Source of the DNA: an uncultured archaeon
Lineage (GTDB): Archaea > Thermoproteota > Bathyarchaeia > Bathyarchaeales > Bathycorpusculaceae
Direction: 5' to 3'
Length of the DNA: 64,000 nucleotides
NCBI GenBank assembly: GCA_963782915.1
Contig: CAWALK010000012.1
Coordinates: forward strand, 128,001 to 192,000
Shown: one piece after another, positions 51,054 to 60,127 of the stretch
Position numbering within the stretch: position 1 is the first letter of the stretch
Layout of the letters: every line of letters begins with the position of its first letter
The notes under the pieces: model-generated
Database searches by the model: none
What the model was told of the DNA's origin: nothing
Seen by the model: the letters and a program-made list of their open reading frames with translations, nothing else
Program-made: the position numbers and the translations under genes

Positions 51054-51917
51054 GTGTTCCCAAAGGTTCCCGACCAACATAAAGTTGGTCGACCCTTAAT
51101 CCCCAACGGTTTAGGCGTTTTTTACGTCCTATTCACCACCGTTTATCTTTTCTTGGTTTATTTCCTCCAGCGCGGTCCTGGGTCTGAACCTGTCTCCGCA
51201 GCTTTCACCCTTGCTGCATGTGTCTTGTTCGGCGGCTTCATGGGCATGATGGATGACTGGATAGACCTAAAATGGCGCTACAAAGCCTTCATGCCGTTGA
51301 TTGCGGCGTTACCATTGATTTACTATGCACAAGTGTTTGGCGCCAGAACCAGCATTTCAGTTCCCTTTGTTGGAACAATCGATTTCGGCGCAGCCTACTT
51401 CTTCATAATAATTCCTTTAATCGTTATGATAGTAACAAACACCGTTAACCAGTTAGGTGGCTTAAACGGGTTAGAATCAGTTTGCCCCGCCATAGTCATC
51501 GCGGGGTTAATGATTTTCTCGCCGAACTGGCTTCTCATGCTTGGACCACTGCTATTCTGGATAGTGCTCGCCGCCCTAAACGTTTCCGGAAAAATCTTTG
51601 TAGGCAACACAGGCTCCTTTGCCATAGGCATGACTATTGCTTCCTTCGCGATTATTTCCGACATGAAAGTTAACCTGATCATTTCGATTATACCCTTCAT
51701 ATTCAATTCAGCGATTATTCTGCTCTCAGTTTTCTTTGTGCACAAAAAAGCAGCCGTAACCTTCGATGGAAAGAAACTGTGCTCGGATAGCCGAAAAAGC
51801 TTAGTAACGATCATAACGTATCATCGGCCGTTAACTGAGCGCCAAGTTGTAATCGTCATCTCCTGCATAGTGGCAGTGTTCGCATTGATGGGTTTGCTGA
51901 TTCAGGTATTATCTTAG
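51054..51917 (+). CDS. Polyprenyl-phosphate GlcNAc-1-phosphate transferase (Alg7/AglH, MraY superfamily)
   Basis: DQHK..RP.IP, GMMDD..DL.WRYK, NTVNQLGGLNGLE, IFVGNTG. Confidence 0.85.
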   Translation: MFPKVPDQHKVGRPLIPNGLGVFYVLFTTVYLFLVYFLQRGPGSEPVSAAFTLAACVLFGGFMGMMDDWIDLKWRYKAFMPLIAALPLIYYAQVFGARTSISVPFVGTIDFGAAYFFIIIPLIVMIVTNTVNQLGGLNGLESVCPAIVIAGLMIFSPNWLLMLGPLLFWIVLAALNVSGKIFVGNTGSFAIGMTIASFAIISDMKVNLIISIIPFIFNSAIILLSVFFVHKKAAVTFDGKKLCSDSRKSLVTIITYHRPLTERQVVIVISCIVAVFALMGLLIQVLS

Positions 51918-52069
51918 TTTTTGCAGTGTCCCCCGAAAGGAAAGGGGTGTTCCTATCAAACCAACCCATCAACACAGCCGTTACCTTTGGCATATCCGTC
52001 GTCGTAATCTCGACGGCTCTACTTGTTTGCTTCAAGAAGTACCAAAAAAGCAGAAAAATTAACCTTTGA

Positions 52070-52107
52070 CCCTTTAAATAAGGGGAGGGGAGGTCTCTCT
52101 GAGCAAT
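52070..52107 (-). repeat. Dispersed repeat, module C
   Basis: Reverse strand TTGCTCAGAGAGACCTCCCCTCCCCTTATTTAAAGG versus TTGCTCTCCAGAGACTCCCCTCCCCCTATTTGAAGG at 4073. Confidence 0.75.
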
Positions 52108-52114
52108 CGCGTGG

Positions 52115-54862
52115 TTAAGCGCCTAAGAAACTTGCAAGCCGCGTTAACCCAATAATCTCCTCAAAGTTCAAGCCTAACGCATCAAGCACCTGATCAAACG
52201 TTGCTTGCAGGTATGCGATGTATTTGTCAGTGTCGATTTCATTTCTTGAGGCTAACTCCACTGGTTTGACGCGTTCTTTGTTGCTGCTTACTTTAACGAA
52301 GCTGATAAGGTCGCCTGCTCGGAGTTCTTTGCCGTTCTTCTGGAGCATCAACGCTGCTTTAACATGTTGTGGCGTAGTTTTGGTGTAACTTGCTAAATCG
52401 TCGCCTAAGACCACGTGGAAGGCTAATTCGCTGTTGTCTGTCCATTCTCGGCGTTTAATTACGTTGTAGCGTTCGCGGACTATGGCGGCGATGTCTTTTC
52501 GGGCTTTCTCGAAATCTTCAGGGTTCTTAACTTTGGCAAGCCGCTCCTTCATCTGATTGAATGCGCCTTTGATAAAGATGGGAATATGCTTTTTCTTGCC
52601 AGTTAAGCCTTTAACATCCACTGTGCCGTCTTCGAGGACGCCAAGGTAATTTTTTTTGCGTGAACTAAACACTGCATACCGATAGGTCTTATCAACGTCG
52701 ATGCCCATACCCAATTCATGTTCGGTATAGTGGACTACGTCTTCGATTTGTTCTTTGGTTGGGTTTTTGAGGAATAAGCTGTCGGTGTCGCCGTAGAGCA
52801 CTTGGATTCCTACAGTTTTGGCGTGGTTGAGGATTTGGGTGATGCTGTAGCGTCCGATGGCTGCAGTGGCTTCGGCGACTGGTGGGCAATAGAGATCGAA
52901 GCTGTCTGCGCCAAACACGCCGTAGCTGGCGTTTAAAATGACTTTTAGCGCGCCTTGTGTGATGCCGTACCAACTGCGTAATTCAGGCGGCAATGACTTG
53001 TCTTTGGCTCGGCTTTTGTACCAGCGCACACGCAAATCACGCAGTGATCCAATCAGCAGGCTTTCGAGGGCGCGTTTTTCTGTGCATACCCAGTGCTGCG
53101 TATCTGGGATTGTGTGTTTTTTGCATCCTGGGTGGTTGCAGCAAATGGATTGGTAACCCAAATTCCAAACTTTGATGATTGATGGGTACAGGCTGGGAAA
53201 GTCCATAACGGCAACGTTAAAGTGAACACCCGGGGTTGGTTCCACGACGATTGCGCCTTTGTATTTCTTGCCTTTGATGACGGCGGTTGTGCTGGTTTTG
53301 CCTTTTTTGGTTAAGATGTCTTCCGCATTTGGGATTAGGTAGCCGCGTTTGCGGTGTTCACGATGCATAAAGTTGCGTATCCATCGACTGACGCCCTGTC
53401 GGCTGACATCTTCCATGGGCATGCTGGCGATTCTGGCTAAAACCAGCATCAGCTTCATGGCGGAATCGTTTTCGTGGCTGGTTAATTTGTAAGTGATTTC
53501 GCTGTCGCGTAGGCAGTAAGCGGCTAATTCGCTGTAGTTGAGGTCGCCGAATGCTTTTTCCAGATGGATTTTTTGTGTGCCGATTAATGCGGTGCCGACA
53601 TCGTCTAAGCTTACGTCTTTGTATTTGCCGCCGTAAGCATAGATTTGCACACTGCGGTTGAAGAAGAATTTGTAGAGGTCGATGTGGATGCCGTATTTGA
53701 GTAGGCAGACGCGTTTGCCTATGTCGATGGGAATCTCGCTTTTCCTAAAGCCCAAGTTGTAGGCACGGTGTGCGAGGTAGCGGAGGTCGAAGTCGTCGCC
53801 GTTAAAAGTTAAAATGAATGCGTAATCGTTTAGGACATCAAAGACTTTGCGCAGAAGTATTTCTTCGGACTCGCAGAATTCGACTTCTAAGCCTTTGGTT
53901 AATTCTGGGTCGCCGTCTTCCATGCCTTCGCGTTTGAGTACGAGGATTTTTTTGTCGCCGTCGCTGCTATAGATGGAGCAGGCGATTACTGGGCATGCGC
54001 CTTCCCGTGCGTCGGGTACTCGTTTGGTTAATGGGGAGTAGACTTCGATGTCTATGGCTGCCCGTCGGAATTGGGGTGCCGGATACTCAAGCAGTTGCGC
54101 CCACATCTCAGCGTATTCGCGTTCCTCTTCTGTGCAGTCTTTGAAGAGTTGGCGGATTTCTGTGAGGTTTTTCTGTGCAGACTCCACAACTACGGGTACA
54201 AGGCTGTTGTCTTTTACCTCATAAATCATGCCCGGCTGCAACTGTTTGTCGTAGATGTATGATTGGTAATACTTGATTTTGGATTCCCAAATTTTAGCGT
54301 CGCTATCTTGAATTTGGGTGCCGAAGACGCGTGGGTAATCTTCTGGGATAATGTCTCGGATTGTGCCGCCGGGTCTGCCGCCGATAGCTAATGGGTCTTT
54401 GCAGATGATTTTTGTTACTTCGATCGGTTTATCGTTAAGAGGGTCAAGACGTTTTTCGGTTACGAAACTGTCGAAGCCTTCGTGGCTTTTAACCCGCTCA
54501 AAACGTTCCATATCCATTTGGGGGATGCTCGTTAAGCAGTAGGGTAGGTGTCCTGTGTTGTCATACCAGAAGTAGATTTGTCCTGATTCGGGCTCGTAGA
54601 GTTTGACTACGGCTTTTTTAAGTCGCCCATCGTATGACGCTGATACAAAGTATGATGGTGGCAGGTTTGCCGGTGAGACTGGCGGGAATGGTTGGCGCTC
54701 CCGTTTCTTGCGTTTAACAACCGGAACTTCGGGGATAGGTGCTTCTTCAGCTTTAATTTCAGCTTGGGTTTCTGGTTTGGGTTGCGGAGCTTGCGCTTTA
54801 ACCTCTTCTTTGACTTGAGGTTTAGCTGGTTGACTAAACCATTTGTCTAGAGTGCTCGCCAT
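52115..54862 (-). CDS. polB1: Family B DNA polymerase, PolB1 type
   Basis: YDNTGH.PY N-terminus, DIE, FNGDDFD, YKGA, DFPSLYPSII, NASYGVFG, YGDTDS. Confidence 0.93.
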   Translation of the reverse strand: MASTLDKWFSQPAKPQVKEEVKAQAPQPKPETQAEIKAEEAPIPEVPVVKRKKRERQPFPPVSPANLPPSYFVSASYDGRLKKAVVKLYEPESGQIYFWYDNTGHLPYCLTSIPQMDMERFERVKSHEGFDSFVTEKRLDPLNDKPIEVTKIICKDPLAIGGRPGGTIRDIIPEDYPRVFGTQIQDSDAKIWESKIKYYQSYIYDKQLQPGMIYEVKDNSLVPVVVESAQKNLTEIRQLFKDCTEEEREYAEMWAQLLEYPAPQFRRAAIDIEVYSPLTKRVPDAREGACPVIACSIYSSDGDKKILVLKREGMEDGDPELTKGLEVEFCESEEILLRKVFDVLNDYAFILTFNGDDFDLRYLAHRAYNLGFRKSEIPIDIGKRVCLLKYGIHIDLYKFFFNRSVQIYAYGGKYKDVSLDDVGTALIGTQKIHLEKAFGDLNYSELAAYCLRDSEITYKLTSHENDSAMKLMLVLARIASMPMEDVSRQGVSRWIRNFMHREHRKRGYLIPNAEDILTKKGKTSTTAVIKGKKYKGAIVVEPTPGVHFNVAVMDFPSLYPSIIKVWNLGYQSICCNHPGCKKHTIPDTQHWVCTEKRALESLLIGSLRDLRVRWYKSRAKDKSLPPELRSWYGITQGALKVILNASYGVFGADSFDLYCPPVAEATAAIGRYSITQILNHAKTVGIQVLYGDTDSLFLKNPTKEQIEDVVHYTEHELGMGIDVDKTYRYAVFSSRKKNYLGVLEDGTVDVKGLTGKKKHIPIFIKGAFNQMKERLAKVKNPEDFEKARKDIAAIVRERYNVIKRREWTDNSELAFHVVLGDDLASYTKTTPQHVKAALMLQKNGKELRAGDLISFVKVSSNKERVKPVELASRNEIDTDKYIAYLQATFDQVLDALGLNFEEIIGLTRLASFLGA

Positions 54863-54986
54863 CCCATTTTTCCCTTAGCCCCAGTATGGTACATTGACCC
54901 CTAAAAGCGTTTACTGAATAAAACCGATAGAACATCCTGTGGTTTTTAGCGAAATAGGCCCAGCTTTTTTGTTGTTTTAGGGCTTT

Positions 54987-55163
54987 TTATTCGGTGTAGT
55001 AACCGTTTAAGCCGTTTAGCACCGATTTTACGCGTGGCTTATGGGTCTTGTGAATGTGGCTATCGACTTCTGTTTTGGTGTCAAATATTTTGCCGCATTC
55101 GGGACACATATATTGCCCTGCTCTTGTTTGAGGGGTGCTTCGGCGTTTAGTTATTTGACTCAA
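54987..55163 (-). CDS. Small C2H2 zinc-finger protein (58 aa; not in the ORF track)
   Basis: YMCPECGKIFDTKTEVDSHIHKTH. Confidence 0.75.
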   Translation of the reverse strand: MSQITKRRSTPQTRAGQYMCPECGKIFDTKTEVDSHIHKTHKPRVKSVLNGLNGYYTE

Positions 55164-55243
55164 ATTCTAATAACTCCCAGTTTTAATTAATAAAAAGGGA
55201 AAAGATGCATAACTTAATGTGTGCAACATTAACTGTTACGCAC

Positions 55244-55387
55244 TTATTCGTCTTCGTGTTCCTTGCCTTCTTCGATGAGTTCACGGACACGTGGACCACC
55301 TTTTGCGCCGCCTTTCTTGCCTGCTTCCTGTACGGTCATTTTTCCTTTTTCCATGTCCATGTCTTCATCTCTACGCTTTTTCGACAA
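55244..55387 (-). CDS. KGG-motif (GsiB/Em-like) hydrophilic stress protein (47 aa; not in the ORF track)
   Basis: GGAGGTGA then TTG; MSKKRRDEDMDMEKGKMTVQEAGKKGGAKGGPRVRELIEEGKEHEDE. Confidence 0.8.
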   Translation of the reverse strand: MSKKRRDEDMDMEKGKMTVQEAGKKGGAKGGPRVRELIEEGKEHEDE

Positions 55388-55545
55388 ACATGTCACCTCC
55401 GTTGTTGGAGCTTGCCATAGAACACATGGACTCTAGCAGGATTGAAAACTTGATAAAGATATGTGGCTGTTAACATGCAGTAACAGTAGCCCACGTTGAA
55501 GTCCTTATTTAGGGGCATTGCATTTGGTGTTGTTTGTGATTTAAT

Positions 55546-56893
55546 TTGTTGCGGGAAGCTTGGACAATCGCCATAGAAACATTAAGTTGGATAGAAATGC
55601 GCAGACTCAACGAGCGCTCAGCATTAGCAAGGACAATTAAGCAGCTCGGCGCTAAAGACCCAAGCGCTATCCGCTATGCATACGGCTTAGTAGTTGAAAC
55701 TACAAGGCGAAAGAACATAATCGATAAACTAGTCAACAACGTCGTTGACCCCAAAAAAATCGGTGAATACGACCTTGGCATCCAATCTTTCCTAAGATTA
55801 TACGTTTACCAAACACGCGTCGTCAAGAACTGGGGTAAATATAACCTCAAAGAAGCAGACAGCATCGCAAGCTTAGGCCGAGCCATACTGGGCTGGGAAG
55901 CTATGCGGGAAATCGAACCCTACATAGGCTTCCTGTTAACTCGCCAGTTATCCACCATCATGGAGACCACTAGCGAAGAAGAAAAAGTCGGCTTAGAAAC
56001 CTATCATCCAACATGGTTTGTAGAGTACTGCTTCAAACTATTCGGCAAAGAAGAAGCAGTCGCATTCTTGAAAGGCAGCCTCAACCCGCCACCAACATAC
56101 ATCCGCCTAAACACCCTAGCGGCATCCGAAGAAGAAATCCTCTCCAAACTTGAAGCAGAAGGCATTAAACTAGAAAAAGTTGAGCAACTAAAATACACTT
56201 ACAAACTAACCGAATTCAAAACAACCCTGAATAATTCGCCAAGCCTCAAAGCAGGCTTATTCTACGTACAGGACAAAGCCAGCTGCTTCGCAACCCAAGC
56301 CGCAAACCCACAGCCAAACAGCACCGTCTTCGACCTCTGCGCCGCCCCAGGAGCAAAAACCACGTATCTCGCCCAGTTAATGCAAAACCAAGGCACCATA
56401 ATCTCAGTGGATTTCTCCGCTAAACGCATGAAAACCTGGCAAAAAGAAATCGCCCGCATGGGAACCAAAATCGCTGAGCCAGTCGTTGCTGATGCACGGG
56501 TGTCTGTGCCTCTTGTCGGCGAAGCAGACCTGCCTAGTGTTGGATCCGCCCTGCACAAGCTCAGGCGTCTTTGCCAAGCAACCCTCCGCAAAATGGCGAT
56601 TAAGCCCCAAATCCATCGCGAACATGTCGGAGCTCCAGTACAAAATAATCGATAACTGCGCAGACAAAGTCAAAAAAGGCGGTTTCCTGACCTACTCAAC
56701 CTGCAGCGTAACCGAAGAAGAAAACGAAGGCGTAATCGAACAATTCCTAACAGCGCACCCAGACTTCAAACTCGTCGAGATAGAACCTAAAATCGGCATG
56801 CCAGGGCTCCGCGGCTTAACACAGTGCCAACGCCTCTACCCACATATACACCACTGCAACGGCTTCTTCACAGCAAAACTACAGAAAAATTAG
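55546..56893 (+). CDS. RsmB/NOP2-family m5C RNA methyltransferase; frameshift near 56530
   Basis: VQDKAS, DLCAAPGAKT, LDPPCTSSG, YSTCS..EENE. Confidence 0.9.
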
Positions 56894-56955
56894 AATCTGC
56901 CCTATCTTTTATGAACACGGGAATCCCCCGTTCCCCAAAATTTGGTAAGGTGATT

Positions 56956-57153
56956 ATGCGGATGGAAAACCCCAAATTAATCCAGTTAATCGTCACGTTG
57001 ACAGGTCTGGTTGGCGGAGCCTATCTTTTAGCCATCGCTAATCCACCCATGGATTTCTATTATCTTCTACCGATTTTTGCTATGCTAGGCATAATCGTAG
57101 CCAGCGTTGGATTCGTCATAGTGCGCCAAGTAATCAAGGAACTCTCTGCCTAA
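56956..57153 (+). CDS. Small two-TM membrane protein
   Basis: GGTGA upstream of the ATG; two hydrophobic helices. Confidence 0.55.
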   Translation: MRMENPKLIQLIVTLTGLVGGAYLLAIANPPMDFYYLLPIFAMLGIIVASVGFVIVRQVIKELSA

Positions 57154-57729
57154 GCCGAAGAAAAATCGCCCAAGTGTTCTCTGTGGCGTCTCTTTAACAT
57201 ACAGTGGATAAGTCACTTTTGTGCCCTCCACATGAGCGGCTTCGCTTAATTCATGAGTTATCGTGTCTGTTTTGCTTATAATATGCAATACCCTAACACG
57301 CCGCGCCACCAAAGCATCAGAGATGAGGTTTCGGTGGCATTTCCAGGGCAACGCCTCCGCACACATCAACGCCACACAGTTCTCCCGTGCCAGCACCACA
57401 ATTTTTAGGAGGGCATCGGTGAATTCTTTAGTTTGCATATAATCCGCGTATCCCCGAAAACTAGGGTTCCGTAATCCGAGGTTGATGCTGTTGGCTTTGG
57501 GGTGGCGTAGTCCGCCGATTTCTGGTAAATGTATGTATTTTATGCCGAGGGGTTTGAGATGGTCGGGGAGGGCTTCTTTGTTGAATTGGGGGTTATGCCG
57601 TGAATGCGGGGCAGTGCGGACATCTATGAGTAAGGTGACTCCGTAGGTTTGCAGTAACTCGGTGAATTCTTCGAGTGTGCGTGTAGAGTGCCCAATGGTA
57701 AGCACTGTTATGTCTGGTTCCTTACTCAA
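57085..57729 (-). CDS. DUF488-family protein
   Basis: TIGHS, DVR..P.S, LMCAE..PWKCHR; C-terminus may be frameshift-extended. Confidence 0.88.
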   Translation of the reverse strand: MSKEPDITVLTIGHSTRTLEEFTELLQTYGVTLLIDVRTAPHSRHNPQFNKEALPDHLKPLGIKYIHLPEIGGLRHPKANSINLGLRNPSFRGYADYMQTKEFTDALLKIVVLARENCVALMCAEALPWKCHRNLISDALVARRVRVLHIISKTDTITHELSEAAHVEGTKVTYPLYVKETPQRTLGRFFFGLGREFLDYLAHYDESNAGYDYA

Positions 57730-57845
57730 ACCTAAACCTCAAATAGAGATAACTGTTGCGTTAGGATATAAGAATCAAACTATAAAACGCGAGTATAAGG
57801 CAATTTGACAGATTTGCTCGCGCTCGAAATAGTTCTCGTGCAACT

Positions 57846-58367
57846 TTAACGCTTACGTTTAAGAAACACTGCCAAAGCAGTTACAGCTAACGCCAAAAAA
57901 GCGACAAGTAATGGAGCAGGGAACTCAGGAATTGCTGCTTGAACAACAACATCGCCATGCATTCCATAAATCTCATCAAAGAAATATTGGCTTACATAGC
58001 GGTAGTTCCCTGGGGTGTCGACTGTGAATGTCACCGAACCGTTTGACTGACCTTGAATCGGGTTACTATCTGACCCAATTTGTGCACCCCATAGCACTTG
58101 GTCATCAGTATCTACAATAGCCCATGTGTGAGGACCACTTCCAATGTTGTGCAAAATTACCGTCACAGTTTCGCCAGAAGTAAAGACCATTGTTGGTCCA
58201 GGTATAAGCATAGTAGTATCATTGTTCCCAAACCCCATTTTTGTGGTTGAAGTAGCGGATTCGCCCGCGTAGATTTCGTAGGTTGCAGCGTTAGCGGTTG
58301 CCAGAGAAGCTGAGCCTGCCAAGATTAAGAACAAGAACACTGCCACTGAAAGTAGTGGTTTTTTCAT
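57846..58367 (-). CDS. Secreted cupredoxin-fold protein with PEF-CTERM-like anchor
   Basis: Signal peptide, PGP...GETVTV, PHTWAI, PGNYRY...GMHG, IPEFP + TM + KRKR. Confidence 0.75.
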   Translation of the reverse strand: MKKPLLSVAVFLFLILAGSASLATANAATYEIYAGESATSTTKMGFGNNDTTMLIPGPTMVFTSGETVTVILHNIGSGPHTWAIVDTDDQVLWGAQIGSDSNPIQGQSNGSVTFTVDTPGNYRYVSQYFFDEIYGMHGDVVVQAAIPEFPAPLLVAFLALAVTALAVFLKRKR

Positions 58368-58576
58368 TTCTTACTTTTACCCTAGAGCTACTTCAGGCTT
58401 GAGTCTCTAAAGTATTTGTTACAACATCAAAACAACTACATACTAATAGAGTTATTTGATAATTTGGAAAGAATCAAACAGGCGGTTTACAACAGAAATC
58501 TTGACAAGGCTTAGTCAAGAAATCTATACAAGAACGCTTTTATCCAGAAAACGCGAGCATAAACTTAGGGCTGTTT

Positions 58577-59465
58577 ATGAGGAAAGTATCTTGTTTTATC
58601 ATAATTTTTACCACATTACTATTGCTAACATTTGCTGGACCACAACTTGTCAATCAAGCAAAGGCAAATCCCTACATGTACTTCCCCCATGTTACCGAGA
58701 TTTCACCGCCACCAGGAACACACGCGCCAATAATTAATATTCATACACCACAAAACGGCTCGTCTTATCCAAGAAATAGTATCCCCTTAACTTTTGAAGT
58801 AATTATTCCCCAGACAAATGGGAATAAATCCTTGGATTCTATACTGAAATTATACTATATTACCAGTTGGGAACCAAACAAAGTCGTAACAATTGACGGC
58901 GCATTTGAAGATAACGCTTCATTACTCAATAAACTTGTATAGTGCACTTGGCGGTGACCTCTCCGTCACCGTTTATGCAGTCGGCTGGGGTGAGTATGAA
59001 ACAAGACATCCCGTGCTGACGGATGGCTATATAATGAATCATTATTACAACAACTTTAAAATGAACAGTTCCTCGACAGTGAGCTTCACCCAAGACTTTG
59101 TTCCACCAAAAATCGCTGTTTTATCTCCGCAAAACAGTAGTTATGACAATTCAGATATTGATTTGAGTTTGACTTCTAACGAAGCGCTTTCTCATATTCT
59201 GTATTGCTTGGACGGTAACCAAAATCAAACTATAGCAGGAAACGTGACCTTAACAGGCTTAACAAATGGGGCACATAACGTAACCTTTTATGCAGCTGAC
59301 TTGGCTGGGTATATGGTTGCTTCAGAAACAACGGATTTCACTGTGACAGAAGGGTCAGAGCCTTTTCCAACAGTGCCTTTCATTGCAGTAATAGGAATAG
59401 TGCTGATGGCTATTGTGGGTTTAGTGTCTCTTTTGCTTTACAGAAGGCATCGGAAGCCTGTTTGA
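58577..59465 (+). CDS. Surface protein with Ig-like domains and C-terminal TM anchor; frameshift near 58925
   Basis: Signal peptide, two P.I....PQN.SY repeats, LTNGAHNVTFYA.D.AG, EPFPT + TM + RRHRK. Confidence 0.75.
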
Positions 59466-59675
59466 TTCTGCGGTTCTACCCTTATTATACCAACCTATCC
59501 TCTACCACGCCACCATTATCCGAAGATCAAAAAATTTATTCATTGTGATTGGCGTCTCGGCAGCAGCAACCCAACACGAACCATGAACTCTAAACATAGC
59601 CGTCTACAAAGCCCATTGGAAGAAGAAGAGTAAGGGAGGTTACGCCATTATCTTCTACTAGAAACTAAATGATCC

Positions 59676-59727
59676 GTTAGTTGTTGTTGTGTATGAGGTT
59701 TTTGGCAACAACACACTGTAAAAAAAG
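59676..59727 (-). repeat. Dispersed repeat, hairpin module A (degenerate)
   Basis: Reverse strand TTTTTTACAGTGTGTTGTTG-N16-CAACAACAACTAAC. Confidence 0.7.
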
Positions 59728-59825
59728 CAACAAACCTGTTTGAGCTTCTAATGAAGGGATAGCTACAGTTCAGTACTGAGCCCTATTGTGTTACTTTATC
59801 AGATATCAAAACAACCTCTGCTATG

Positions 59826-59952
59826 GTTGCAAAATCCACAACCAGCCTGCAACTTGCCACCAACGCTCACTAAAAACAATCACCAAAACTAAGCCTGTTA
59901 GGTTGTTGTTGTGTATAAGGCGTTCTCAGGCAACAACCACTATAGAAAAAAA
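59826..59952 (-). repeat. Dispersed repeat, modules A+B
   Basis: Reverse strand TTTTTTCTATAGTGGTTGTTG-N19-CAACAACAACCTAACAGGCTTAGTTTTGG...TTTTTAGTGAGCGTTGGTGGCAAGTTGCAG, matching 37610-37735. Confidence 0.88.
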
Positions 59953-60127
59953 CAAATACCCCAAAGACCACTTAAGCATCAGAAATAGGCAGTCAAACAC
60001 TCAAAAACCAAGCTACACATCATCAAACAGCCGCAATATGCGTTTTCCTTTAATAGGAAAGGTTTTTAGTATAGTTATTATATGAGACTGTGAAAAAGTA
60101 GACAGTCTAAAGTGAGGTTAACACATT

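Noticed and set aside
7734-59465. About 15 frameshifted genes (Dph6-like, cobT, cobY, endonuclease IV, ecfA, nth, xpd, Clp1, aglB, RsmB and others) as programmed frameshifting or mass pseudogenisation
   Set aside because: Breaks are single-base indels in unrelated contexts with no shared slippery motif, and they hit conserved or essential genes whose sequences are otherwise intact. Sequencing or assembly error is the simplest explanation; read mapping would settle it.
16293-59952. GTTGTTG/CAACAAC repeats as a CRISPR array
   Set aside because: Copies are dispersed, degenerate and in both orientations, with no regular repeat-spacer period and no cas genes.
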